A stretch of DNA of 44,152 bases from Candidatus Alloclostridium intestinigallinarum (GCA_904393845.1 CAJFNB010000003.1:1-44152), one strand, 5' to 3'; counted from the stretch's first letter, positions 1-8,527 are shown. Made by a program: numbers and translations. The notes: generated by a model from the sequence alone, not told the origin.

Positions 1-253
1 CGATTTTCTCAACGACATTTCGGGCGATAATAAACTTTTATCGGCTAGTTTGGCCGATATATTGAAGGAAAAACTTATGCAGCGCGCCTGTAAAAAGGCT
101 ATCAAATCCGGTGATATACTTTCCGCCGTGCAGATAAGAAAACTTTTCTCTTCTATGGACAAGGGATTGCCCCTGCAATGCCCGCACGGCAGACCTGCGG
201 TCATAAAATTCACCCGCGCCGATTTCGATAAGATGTTCAAACGCATCGTATAA
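1..253 (+). CDS. mutL: DNA mismatch repair endonuclease MutL, C-terminal fragment (gene starts before the window)
   Basis: C-terminal MutL motifs ACKKAIK and CPHGRP, ending FKRIV; directly upstream of miaA as is usual in Firmicutes. Confidence 0.93.
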   Translation, partial: DFLNDISGDNKLLSASLADILKEKLMQRACKKAIKSGDILSAVQIRKLFSSMDKGLPLQCPHGRPAVIKFTRADFDKMFKRIV

Positions 254-277
254 TATATAATATTGATATAATATATA

Positions 278-1204
278 ATGGATAAGATAAAAATAGTAAT
301 TATAGGCGGACCGACAGCCGGCGGAAAAAGCGAAATAGCTGTTCGGGCGGCAAAACTTATCGGCGGCGAAGTTATTTCTTGCGACAGCATGCAGATATAT
401 AAAGGTATGGATATAGGCACGGCAAAGATAACGACGGATGAAATGCAAGGTGTTCCGCACTATATGATAGATATAGCCGATCCGAAGCAGGAATTCAGCG
501 TGTATAATTTTTCCGAAATGGCGGAAAAGATTATAAAAGACGTATCTTCACGCGGTAAAATTCCGGTTATAGTCGGAGGTACGGGGCTTTACGTGGAATC
601 TCTCATATATCCGCTTTCGTTTATCGCGGAAAAAGACGACGACGTCAGAGCGCGGCTTTATGACGAATATGAACGACTGGGCGCAGACCGTTTGTATGAG
701 CGGTTGAAACAGCTGGATCCCGGCGATGCGGAAAAAATTCACCCGAATAACGTAAAGAGGCTGCTCAGGGCGCTGGAAATTTATGAAATTTCAGGAAAAA
801 CCAAGACCGAATGTGCCGAGCGCGTGCCTAACCCCGCATACGACGTGGAAATTTTTATAATAAATCCGCCACGTGAAGAGCTTTATGCGAAAATAGACGC
901 ACGCGTTGAAAAAATGTTTTCAGACGGAATCACTTACGAGGTCGCCGGGCTTCTTAAAAACGGCGCTGACTGGAACGACCAAAGTATGCAGGCGATCGGA
1001 TATAAGGAATTCAGACCTTATTTTGAAAATGCGGTGCCGCTTGACGGGGTCAAAGAAGCAATTAAACGCAATACGCGCCGCTATGCAAAACGTCAGGTTA
1101 CATGGTTCAAGCGGTATAGTAACGCAAAATGGTACGGATCAAGTGAAAAAAATAAGATGTTGGACGATATAAAAACGTTTGCGGAAAGGAAAAACGATGA
1201 ATAA
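278..1204 (+). CDS. miaA: tRNA dimethylallyltransferase
   Basis: GPTAGGKS P-loop, DSMQIYKGMDIGTAK, VGGTGLY, QAIGYKE and TRRYAKRQVTWF motifs. Confidence 0.97.
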   Translation: MDKIKIVIIGGPTAGGKSEIAVRAAKLIGGEVISCDSMQIYKGMDIGTAKITTDEMQGVPHYMIDIADPKQEFSVYNFSEMAEKIIKDVSSRGKIPVIVGGTGLYVESLIYPLSFIAEKDDDVRARLYDEYERLGADRLYERLKQLDPGDAEKIHPNNVKRLLRALEIYEISGKTKTECAERVPNPAYDVEIFIINPPREELYAKIDARVEKMFSDGITYEVAGLLKNGADWNDQSMQAIGYKEFRPYFENAVPLDGVKEAIKRNTRRYAKRQVTWFKRYSNAKWYGSSEKNKMLDDIKTFAERKNDE

Positions 1205-2417
1205 ACAGATTGAAAAACTTATTGAACATGCCGAAAAATCACTCAATGCGCAGTTCGCTATTATTGACGGAAACGCCTTAAAACGTCAAAAAGACGTGCT
1301 GAACGCATTCAGAAAATTCAACGTCGGACAGCGCCACTTCGCCCCGACCAACGGGTACGGCTACGACGATATTGCACGCGATACCTTATGCAGCCTGTAC
1401 GCGGACGTATTCAATGCCGAATCCGCAATAGTTTCACCGCTTATCGTTTCGGGCACGCACGCGCTTTCGTTATGCCTGTTCGGAATTTTGCGCCCCGGAG
1501 ACACAATGCTTGCGGTTACCGGTGCTCCGTACGACACTTTGCAGGAAGTTATAAGCGGCGCCGGCAACGGATCGCTTGCCGATTTCGGCGTAAAATACCG
1601 CGAAGTACGCTTTGATAATGAAAAAATGTGTGAAATTCTACGCAGCGACAAGTCGATCAAACTTGTTTTTATGGGCAGGTCGCGCGGCTATGAATGGCGC
1701 AATGCGCTTAAACTTGCCGATATAGCCGAATTGGTGAATCAAATAAGAAGTGTCCGTAAGGACGTTGTTATCATGTGCGATAACTGTTACGGAGAATTTG
1801 TCGAAGAAGAAGAGCCAACATCTTGCGGTGTGGATATAGTTGCAGGATCGCTCATAAAAAACATAGGCGGCGGATTGGCCCCTACGGGCGGATATATTTG
1901 CGGTAAAAAGACGTATGTCGAACAAATTGCCGGCAGACTGACGGCGCCGTCAATAGGAATGGAAGTAGGTTCTTATGCCGGCAGTTACCGCAATTTTTAT
2001 CAGGGATTGTTTCTGGCTCCGCACGTGACGGCATGCGCGCTTAAAAGCGCGATGCTTTTTGCAAAAGTATTTTCCGATTTGGGATACGAAGTTTCACCCG
2101 ATCCGAACGTGATTCCCGGTGACATTATTTGCGCGGTAAAACTCGGCAGCGCGGATAAAGTTATCGAATTCGTGCGTGCTATCCAGCGCGTTTCGCCGAT
2201 AGACAGCAACGTTACGCCTTTTCCCTGGGATATGCCGGGATATACCGACCAGGTAATTATGGCTGCAGGCACGTTTGTCGCGGGCGCTTCTATCGAGCTT
2301 TCCGCGGATTCTCCCATCCGTGAACCTTACATCGTATACGTCCAGGGCGCATTTACTTATGAGCATGCCAAGATTGCCGTGGAAGAATGCCTGGAAGGGC
2401 TGTTGAATAAAGATTAA
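1197..2417 (+). CDS. PLP-dependent methionine gamma-lyase family / aluminium-resistance protein (YnbB-like)
   Basis: GYGYDD, SGTHA, GAPYDTL, DNCYGEFVE, GSLIKNIGGGLAPTGGY and IELSADSPIREPY motifs; ATG at 1197 after AAGGA overlaps the miaA end. Confidence 0.92.
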   Translation: MNKQIEKLIEHAEKSLNAQFAIIDGNALKRQKDVLNAFRKFNVGQRHFAPTNGYGYDDIARDTLCSLYADVFNAESAIVSPLIVSGTHALSLCLFGILRPGDTMLAVTGAPYDTLQEVISGAGNGSLADFGVKYREVRFDNEKMCEILRSDKSIKLVFMGRSRGYEWRNALKLADIAELVNQIRSVRKDVVIMCDNCYGEFVEEEEPTSCGVDIVAGSLIKNIGGGLAPTGGYICGKKTYVEQIAGRLTAPSIGMEVGSYAGSYRNFYQGLFLAPHVTACALKSAMLFAKVFSDLGYEVSPDPNVIPGDIICAVKLGSADKVIEFVRAIQRVSPIDSNVTPFPWDMPGYTDQVIMAAGTFVAGASIELSADSPIREPYIVYVQGAFTYEHAKIAVEECLEGLLNKD

Positions 2418-2515
2418 CCGATAGGCTCCGTGGCGCGGACCGTAATACCGGTAAAAGCAGTAAGTATCGGAACGGAATATTTATCGGATACTGCATACTG
2501 AATAAGCGATAATCA

Positions 2516-2541
2516 AAAAGACCGGCAGATGCCGGTCTTTT
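2516..2541. terminator. Bidirectional intrinsic terminator between ynbB-like gene and lexA
   Basis: AAAAGACCGGC-AGAT-GCCGGTCTTTT hairpin between convergent genes. Confidence 0.85.
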
Positions 2542-2561
2542 CCGTTTGTAATTTATCGTCG

Positions 2562-3203
2562 TCAATGGATATTATTGCGCATCAGACCTACTGCAACGCC
2601 CAAAATGGTAAAGTCATGTCCGGAATCTACGATAATGTCGTCCATATTGTCGTTTTCCGGTTTAAGGCGTATGGTATCGCCGTCTTTAAAGAATCTTTTC
2701 AAGGTAACTTCGTTGTTGTCTATCATAGCGGCGATTATCTGACCGTCGTAAGCGGTAGGCTGTTTGCGAATGAGAACCGTATCGCCGTCCAGAATACCGA
2801 CGTTTACCATGGAAGTGCCTTTGACAGTAAGCATAAACAAGTCGCCGGAAGTATTGAAAAATTCGGGAGATATGTCGATATATTCGTCGTCGGTTACGCC
2901 GGCAAACAACGGTTGACCTGCGGCGATATTACCGAGCATCGGTACGCGGCGCATTTTGCTTTCGTCGTGCGAAGCACGGATAAATTCGGGAGCTATAATC
3001 TCAAGGGTGCGGTTTTTGCCCGTATTTCGTCTTATTTTACCGCTGTCAACCAGCTTATTTATATAATATTGCGCCGAAGCCGTGGAACGGAACCCGACGT
3101 TTGCGCATATTTCGCGGACGCTGGGCGGATAGTTGAATTTACTTACGAATTCGCTTATAAATTGCAGGGTCTGCAATTCTTTATCGTCTGATTTTGTCGT
3201 CAT
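2562..3203 (-). CDS. lexA: SOS repressor LexA
   Basis: PPSVREI...GFRST HTH, IAAG cleavage site, GTSM catalytic Ser, TLKR catalytic Lys. Confidence 0.96.
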   Translation of the reverse strand: MTTKSDDKELQTLQFISEFVSKFNYPPSVREICANVGFRSTASAQYYINKLVDSGKIRRNTGKNRTLEIIAPEFIRASHDESKMRRVPMLGNIAAGQPLFAGVTDDEYIDISPEFFNTSGDLFMLTVKGTSMVNVGILDGDTVLIRKQPTAYDGQIIAAMIDNNEVTLKRFFKDGDTIRLKPENDNMDDIIVDSGHDFTILGVAVGLMRNNIH

Positions 3204-3233
3204 AGCTTTTTCCCGTATAAGTTTCTTGTTTAT

Positions 3234-3262
3234 ATTTTAGCACATATGTTTACATTTTGCAA
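3234..3262 (-). promoter_or_regulatory. sigmaA promoter of lexA with a candidate SOS box in the spacer
   Basis: Minus strand TTGCAA-17 bp-TAAAAT with extended TG; AAAC-ATAT-GTGC (3240-3251) resembles GAAC-N4-GTTC. Confidence 0.65.
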
Positions 3263-3276
3263 GCGGTTTTATAAAA

Positions 3277-4344
3277 TTAATCTTTTTTATCTTTGCGAAG
3301 ATGAACTTTTTCTGCCGCTTCCTTTTTTATCTGTTCGCTGATTGCCGCATAATGGCGTTTTGTGGTGTTTATATCGCGATGTCCGAGTATTTCCGCAACC
3401 ACGTATATATCATTCGTTTCATTATACAGACTTGTACCGAACGTGCTGCGCAATTTATGCGGAGTAATATTTTTCAAAGGCGTAACAATCGACGCGTACT
3501 TTTTGACCAGATTTTCAACTGCGCGGACGGTAATTCTGCGTTTTTGCAGAGAAAGAAACAGTGCAGGGTAGCCGTCGATAAGTTTCTGTTCTTCGCGTTC
3601 GTCCAGATAATCGCGCAGAGCCGTTATAATTTCATCGGTCATATACAAAATTGTCTGTGCGCCGCCTTTTCTTGTGACTTTGAATGCCTTGGATTTGAAA
3701 TCTATACTTGAAATGTTCAGTCCGACAAGCTCGCTTATACGAATTCCTGTACCGAGAAACAGGGTAAGAATAGCCAGATCGCGCTTTCTGGTGTGTTCGC
3801 GGAAGGAAATCATGCGCTTGGAAGACTCTGTGCTGTCGGTATCCGAATCAACGAGATCCAGAAGTTCGCCGACTTCTTCATTGTCAAGGCGTAAAATGGG
3901 CTTATCCTTTATTTTCGGAGTTGCAACTTTTGCCGCAGGATTGGCGGTTATTCTGTCCTTATTGTAGTAATATTTGAAAAACGACTTCAATGTGGACAGT
4001 TTACGCGATTTTGTTTTCAGAGAATTCGAAAATTCGCGTCCACCGTAGGTGTAAAAGGAAAGGTAATCCATGAAAATTTCTATGTGGGTGGCGTTTACGC
4101 GGTCAAGATCGGCATATGTAAAGTGATCCTTGTCGCAAAAGGCAAAATCATCTATCTGTTTGAACAAAAAATCGAAAAATACGCACAAATCCTGCGCATA
4201 TCCAAGCCTTGTAAGAGGCGTTGTATGCGTTTGAACGCCCAAAAAATACTCGTTGCACAGCCTGGGAAGCTCTTCGGCAAGCAATTTGCGTATTTTCAGG
4301 TTATTTTCCTTATCACGGTCCGCATAGTAATTTTCTTCAGCCAT
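3277..4344 (-). CDS. Tyrosine recombinase, XerS/XerC-like
   Basis: Catalytic R (GTGIRISEL), K (VTRKGG), HxxR (TPHKLRST), H (ILGH) and Y (TTKRHY); 355 aa; RKGG and PHKLR recall streptococcal XerS. Confidence 0.9.
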   Translation of the reverse strand: MAEENYYADRDKENNLKIRKLLAEELPRLCNEYFLGVQTHTTPLTRLGYAQDLCVFFDFLFKQIDDFAFCDKDHFTYADLDRVNATHIEIFMDYLSFYTYGGREFSNSLKTKSRKLSTLKSFFKYYYNKDRITANPAAKVATPKIKDKPILRLDNEEVGELLDLVDSDTDSTESSKRMISFREHTRKRDLAILTLFLGTGIRISELVGLNISSIDFKSKAFKVTRKGGAQTILYMTDEIITALRDYLDEREEQKLIDGYPALFLSLQKRRITVRAVENLVKKYASIVTPLKNITPHKLRSTFGTSLYNETNDIYVVAEILGHRDINTTKRHYAAISEQIKKEAAEKVHLRKDKKD

Positions 4345-4350
4345 GGCTTA

Positions 4351-4389
4351 ATTATATCACAAAACGTTTAAACGTGCAAATATATGTTC
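4351..4389 (-). promoter_or_regulatory. sigmaA promoter of the recombinase, with a candidate SOS box at the -35
   Basis: Minus strand TTGCAC-17-TATAAT (TGaTATAAT), 6 nt from the ATG; GAAC-ATAT-ATTT at 4378-4389. Confidence 0.6.
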
Positions 4390-4833
4390 AAAAATTATTT
4401 GGAATATATACAGGGGATATTATTAATACATATGAAAGGCGTGTGCAGCCCGAAAAGTTAATTCGGGTGACGATACGCAAAAAGCATATCGTGATATAAA
4501 CAATATTGACGGTATTTTTGCCTTATCGGCAAGGAAATATCATTATATCGCAGTAAACGGCAGACAAATATATGATATGATACAAAAGCAAGAAAACGGA
4601 CTGTAATAATGAAATCAAAGCAGGAGCATCATTGATTGCAAGCAAGCGTCAAATAAATAGCAGCCGGGAACGTTACGTGACGGCGATAACATATTTAACA
4701 AAAGCAACGCGTTGTGGAATATCCGTAATAACAATTGAAATTGAATTTGTTAAGCCTGATAAGCGGTATTGCGCGAAACAAAAAATAAGTACAGATAATC
4801 AAAAACTGCCCTATATGCTCAAATATATGCATT

Positions 4834-4865
4834 ACTATTCGCAAAAGTTGCCTTTTGCGAATAGT
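4834..4865. repeat. Perfect 14-bp inverted repeat (candidate dif-like site or RNA hairpin)
   Basis: ACTATTCGCAAAAG-TTGC-CTTTTGCGAATAGT. Confidence 0.85.
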
Positions 4866-5394
4866 TTAAGTGCCTCGAAAATACCATAATTACCCATCTG
4901 CTCTTTCACGTTAAATACATTAAATCTCATCGACAGGCGCCGTTCGTCCGCGCTATCACACCCATATATCATAACTTTTCCATACACCTGTCATTTATGC
5001 CCTGCAATTGATACGGAGCTACTGCTCTTAGATTCCGGGAAAACCTGACACATATTTCAATTGCAAAATTTCGGTATCTTCCCTATTTTTACGCATTCTA
5101 CAAGGAATAACTTTTGTTTAATCGACATATTTACTTAATTTTTTAGGAAAAAAGCTGTAAATAATATGTCAGAAAGTATGGATATGCCTATTATCACAGC
5201 GTTTGAAACACGAGCTTCAGGAGATTTTTGCGCCTTATACAAGGTATTATTACCCTGCGCATGCGGAATTGAACGCTGTGGAAAGTTTTGGCGGCAAATA
5301 CGCAGAAAAACATTTAATTATTGAGAATTTTTTATGAGAAACGGCTGATTGTTCTAAAAAAGCGGATAATTAAGAATAATTATTTTGAAAATTT

Positions 5395-5434
5395 TGTCGA
5401 ATTTATTGCATTTTACATCTTTATGATGTAAAAT
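5395..5434 (+). promoter_or_regulatory. sigmaA promoter of the PadR fusion gene with an overlapping palindromic operator and an upstream Spo0A-box match
   Basis: TTGCAT(5406)-17-TAAAAT(5429); inverted repeat ATTTTACATC-N5-GATGTAAAAT at 5410-5434; TGTCGAA at 5395-5401. Confidence 0.7.
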
Positions 5435-5440
5435 AGAATT

Positions 5441-7171
5441 ATGAAAGAAAAGGATACTCCCGATAACTCCTCTGTCAATATCGATCTGATAAGAGGTCAC
5501 ATGGATACGATTATTCTCCGTACACTCAGCGACGGGGATAAATACGGTTATGAAATTTTATCGGAAATATCCGACAAAAGCGAAGGTCTTTATTCTCTGA
5601 AACAACCAACCCTTTACAGCTGTCTGAAGCGTCTTGAAAAACAAGGTCTTGTCACGTCGTACAAAGGAGATCTTTCTTACGGCGCGCAGCGCGTGTATTA
5701 TTCTCTTACCGATATGGGCAGGCAGTTTTTGGAAAACGACCAGATTCAATGGGAATTCAGCAGAACGATTATCAATAATCTGCTTTCGGATAAGGCTTAC
5801 GATCCCGAAAAGGCGCCCAAGCCGTTCGACGTATCCTCTTTCCGCCCTCTCACCCGCCGTCAGCGCGGTGACGCGAATTATTACGCCACGGTAGATCCTT
5901 CAAAACTTTCGGAAGAAGAGTTGCAATCGGAACCCCTACCCGACGAAGACGCCGGAGAAGAGCCGTTCGATTCCGAATATAACGGAGATAACGCAGTTTA
6001 CAGTGAAGGCGCCGTTACGCCCGCGGAAATTCCCCAAACTGTACAATATTACCCTTCCGATAATGAAAACGATACGCAAGCGGAAATCGTGGAAGACGGA
6101 ATTATTCCGCCCGTGCCGGAGCCTTCCGAAGAAATTGTCGATTACGGCGAGGTTTCCCCTGTGGAAACCGCTGATACGGAATGCGGGCAGATTCCCGGGG
6201 ACTCTTTTACGGAAGAAGTTGTATCGCGTGAAGAATATGAGTTTCCCGCCCCCGTGCAGGACGGGCCGCAGGAAGAAAATCCCGAGCCGGACGGAAATAT
6301 TATGGACGGCGGACAGACTTCAGGCAACTATGCCCTGAATGAGAGCGTATATGAGCCAGTTGCCGCGGAAGAGGAAGAACCCTCTGTTGCCGAACAGCCG
6401 TTAAATTACGACACATCGGCATACGATTACGATGAAGAAGCCGCCAGATATGCCGCTAACGTGCTGTATGGCGCTCCGCCGGAGCCTGTGGAGGAAACTC
6501 CTCCCCCTCAGCCGAGACAGCCGCAGCTTCCTCCCGATTATAACGAAGCAAATTACATAGAAAGCCTTAGTAAACTTTATAACCGCCAGTCGGACGAGGA
6601 AGAATATGAAGAGGCAAAACCGGTCGAACAGCCGGCGGCGTCTTCCGTAGGCGATCCGCCTACGTTAAACCAGGTGCGTGAAGCCTTTTATATGAAGGGT
6701 TTCAATCTGAAGCCGTATACGAAGACGACGAATGCCGGATATTACATAAATAAGTACTTCTATTCCAACAGACTGCTTCGTGACTGCACTCTTATAATGT
6801 TTGCCGTTTTTGCGATTGAACTGCTTATATGCGCCATTTCCGGCGGAATTTCGTGGGGTGCTTTCGGTCTGGCGGCGGGAATATCCCTGCTCGCGCCGGT
6901 ATTTATGCTTATAATCTATATGATTGACCCGAACAGACGGAAAAAGGCCGATTACAATTTCAAGAGCGCCGCTGTGAATTGCCTAGTATTCTGTATCGGA
7001 TACATTGCCCTTGCGTTTATTCTGGGATTCTTCGTTTTCGGGATAAGGGCTGACGATGGCGCGACGTGGATTAAGCCGATAGTTATACCGCTTGTATTCA
7101 TGCTGGACGCGCCGATTGCTCTGCTGGTATATACCAAACTGTATTCTTCGAGAAAATATCACATTAACTGA
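5441..7171 (+). CDS. PadR-family winged-helix regulator fused via a long acidic, Pro-rich linker to a C-terminal ~4-TM membrane domain
   Basis: N-terminal LIRGHMDTIIL...DKYGYEI...PTLYSCLKRLEKQGLV...RVYYSLTDMG; E/D/P-rich middle; four hydrophobic segments in the last ~130 aa. Confidence 0.85.
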   Translation: MKEKDTPDNSSVNIDLIRGHMDTIILRTLSDGDKYGYEILSEISDKSEGLYSLKQPTLYSCLKRLEKQGLVTSYKGDLSYGAQRVYYSLTDMGRQFLENDQIQWEFSRTIINNLLSDKAYDPEKAPKPFDVSSFRPLTRRQRGDANYYATVDPSKLSEEELQSEPLPDEDAGEEPFDSEYNGDNAVYSEGAVTPAEIPQTVQYYPSDNENDTQAEIVEDGIIPPVPEPSEEIVDYGEVSPVETADTECGQIPGDSFTEEVVSREEYEFPAPVQDGPQEENPEPDGNIMDGGQTSGNYALNESVYEPVAAEEEEPSVAEQPLNYDTSAYDYDEEAARYAANVLYGAPPEPVEETPPPQPRQPQLPPDYNEANYIESLSKLYNRQSDEEEYEEAKPVEQPAASSVGDPPTLNQVREAFYMKGFNLKPYTKTTNAGYYINKYFYSNRLLRDCTLIMFAVFAIELLICAISGGISWGAFGLAAGISLLAPVFMLIIYMIDPNRRKKADYNFKSAAVNCLVFCIGYIALAFILGFFVFGIRADDGATWIKPIVIPLVFMLDAPIALLVYTKLYSSRKYHIN

Positions 7172-7198
7172 AAAAACCGCCGTATACGGCGGTTTTTT
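7171..7198. terminator. Bidirectional intrinsic terminator
   Basis: AAAAAACCGCCG-TATA-CGGCGGTTTTTT between convergent genes. Confidence 0.9.
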
Positions 7199-7216
7199 GT
7201 TACGCTACTATTTCTA

Positions 7217-7669
7217 TTAAAGAGTATTTCCTTTTTTGAATTTGTTGATCTCTGCCCTTGCGCCTTTGTCGCAGGCATTATTGTATTCGTTATCCGCGTG
7301 ACCCTTTACCTTCACGAAACTTACGTTGTGTTCACCCATCAGACGTATAAGCTCCTGCCAAAGATCGACGTTTTTAACGTCTTTTTTGCCGGCGGTGCGC
7401 CAGCCGTTATTCATCCATTCGGCGAGCCATCCGTTTTCGACTGCGTTGCAGACGTATGCGGAATCACTGTAAACCGCCACGTTGCATTTGAATTTCAACG
7501 CTTTCAGCCCCATGATTACCGCCATCAACTCCATTCTGTTATTGGTAGTGACGGCTTCGTGGCCGCTTATTTGCTTTTGCGCGTCGCCGTGCATGAGAAT
7601 TGCGCACCAGCCGCCCGCGCCAGGATTGCCTGAACACGCTCCGTCGGTATAAATTATGACGTCTTTCAC
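7217..7669 (-). CDS. rnhA: Ribonuclease HI
   Basis: YTDGACSGNPGAGG, TTNNRMEL, SDSAY, VKNVDLW and VKGHADNEYN motifs; GTG start overlaps the proC stop. Confidence 0.97.
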   Translation of the reverse strand: MKDVIIYTDGACSGNPGAGGWCAILMHGDAQKQISGHEAVTTNNRMELMAVIMGLKALKFKCNVAVYSDSAYVCNAVENGWLAEWMNNGWRTAGKKDVKNVDLWQELIRLMGEHNVSFVKVKGHADNEYNNACDKGARAEINKFKKGNTL

Positions 7670-8460
7670 GATTTTCCCAACTCCTTACTGCGCGCCACGC
7701 AACGCGCCATACCCTCGCGCACGGTGCCGTCAAAATCTTTTTCGTCAAAACAGTTCACAGCCTGTATGGTCGTGCCGCCCTTGGAACATACCTTATCAAT
7801 AAGCACGTCAAGACTTTCGCTGCTGCGGCGAACCATTTCCGCCGCCCCCTGAACGGTGGCGAGAGTAAGTTTCTGCGCCACGTCTTCACTCAATCCTGCA
7901 TCTGTTCCGCCACGTATCATCGAGCGAATGAAGTAATAAACGTAAGCAGGACCGCTTCCGCTTACCCCCGTGACCGCATCGAATAAACTTTCAGGAAGAC
8001 TGACCGTTTCACCGGTGGTATCGAAAATGCGTTTTGTAAACGTGTTACATTCTTCTCCTGCATCGTTTTGTGCAATTGCCGTTATGCCTTTGCCTATCGA
8101 ACAAGGGGTATTTGGCATTACGCGTATGACCTTCGCATTCTGCGGCGCGGCATCTTTTATCGTTTTTACGGCTACACCCGCCATTATACTTATAAGGCAA
8201 CGGCATTTTGCCGCCTTTACCTTATCGGTTATGGACGGAAATATCTGGGGCTTGACCGAAAGAATTACGTATTCGCAATTTTCCAAAACATTCGCCGCGT
8301 CTGCGACAATTTTCACATTGCCGAAAGACGCTTCGGGGTTGATGTCGGACATGAGAATATCGTTTTCAGTTAACAGTCCGTGCGAAAGAATGCCCGAAGC
8401 TATGGCTTTCCCCATGTTTCCGGCACCGATAAAACCGAGTTTATAAGAAAAATTTGTCAT
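7666..8460 (-). CDS. proC: Pyrroline-5-carboxylate reductase
   Basis: GFIGAGNMG, SVKPQ, RVMPNTP, SGSGPAY and VCSKGGTT motifs; start set to ATG 8460 after an AGGTGG RBS. Confidence 0.96.
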   Translation of the reverse strand: MTNFSYKLGFIGAGNMGKAIASGILSHGLLTENDILMSDINPEASFGNVKIVADAANVLENCEYVILSVKPQIFPSITDKVKAAKCRCLISIMAGVAVKTIKDAAPQNAKVIRVMPNTPCSIGKGITAIAQNDAGEECNTFTKRIFDTTGETVSLPESLFDAVTGVSGSGPAYVYYFIRSMIRGGTDAGLSEDVAQKLTLATVQGAAEMVRRSSESLDVLIDKVCSKGGTTIQAVNCFDEKDFDGTVREGMARCVARSKELGKS

Positions 8461-8498
8461 ATTCCACCTGCTTTTACGCATTAACGCCGCTTTTTTGG

Positions 8499-8527
8499 TT
8501 GACATTGACGCGCAAACATTATATAAT
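8499..8527 (+). promoter_or_regulatory. Consensus sigmaA promoter of tRNA-Trp
   Basis: TTGACA-17 bp-TATAAT ending 12 nt before the tRNA. Confidence 0.85.

Noticed and set aside
242-270. GCATCGTATAA-TATATA resembles the XerC arm and core of a canonical dif site
   Set aside because: The right arm (ATATTGATATA) does not match the conserved XerD arm TTATGTTAAAT, and the sequence overlaps the mutL coding end.
3277-4344. Recombinase as a prophage or ICE integrase
   Set aside because: No phage, conjugation or excisionase genes and no att pair; the context is housekeeping.
4632-4889. 85-aa ORF in the intergenic gap
   Set aside because: TTG start, no recognisable motif, and composition like non-coding DNA.
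4390-5394. Replication origin in the AT-rich gap
   Set aside because: No cluster of TTATCCACA boxes was seen, there is no dnaA/dnaN, and the wider gene orientation converges rather than diverges.
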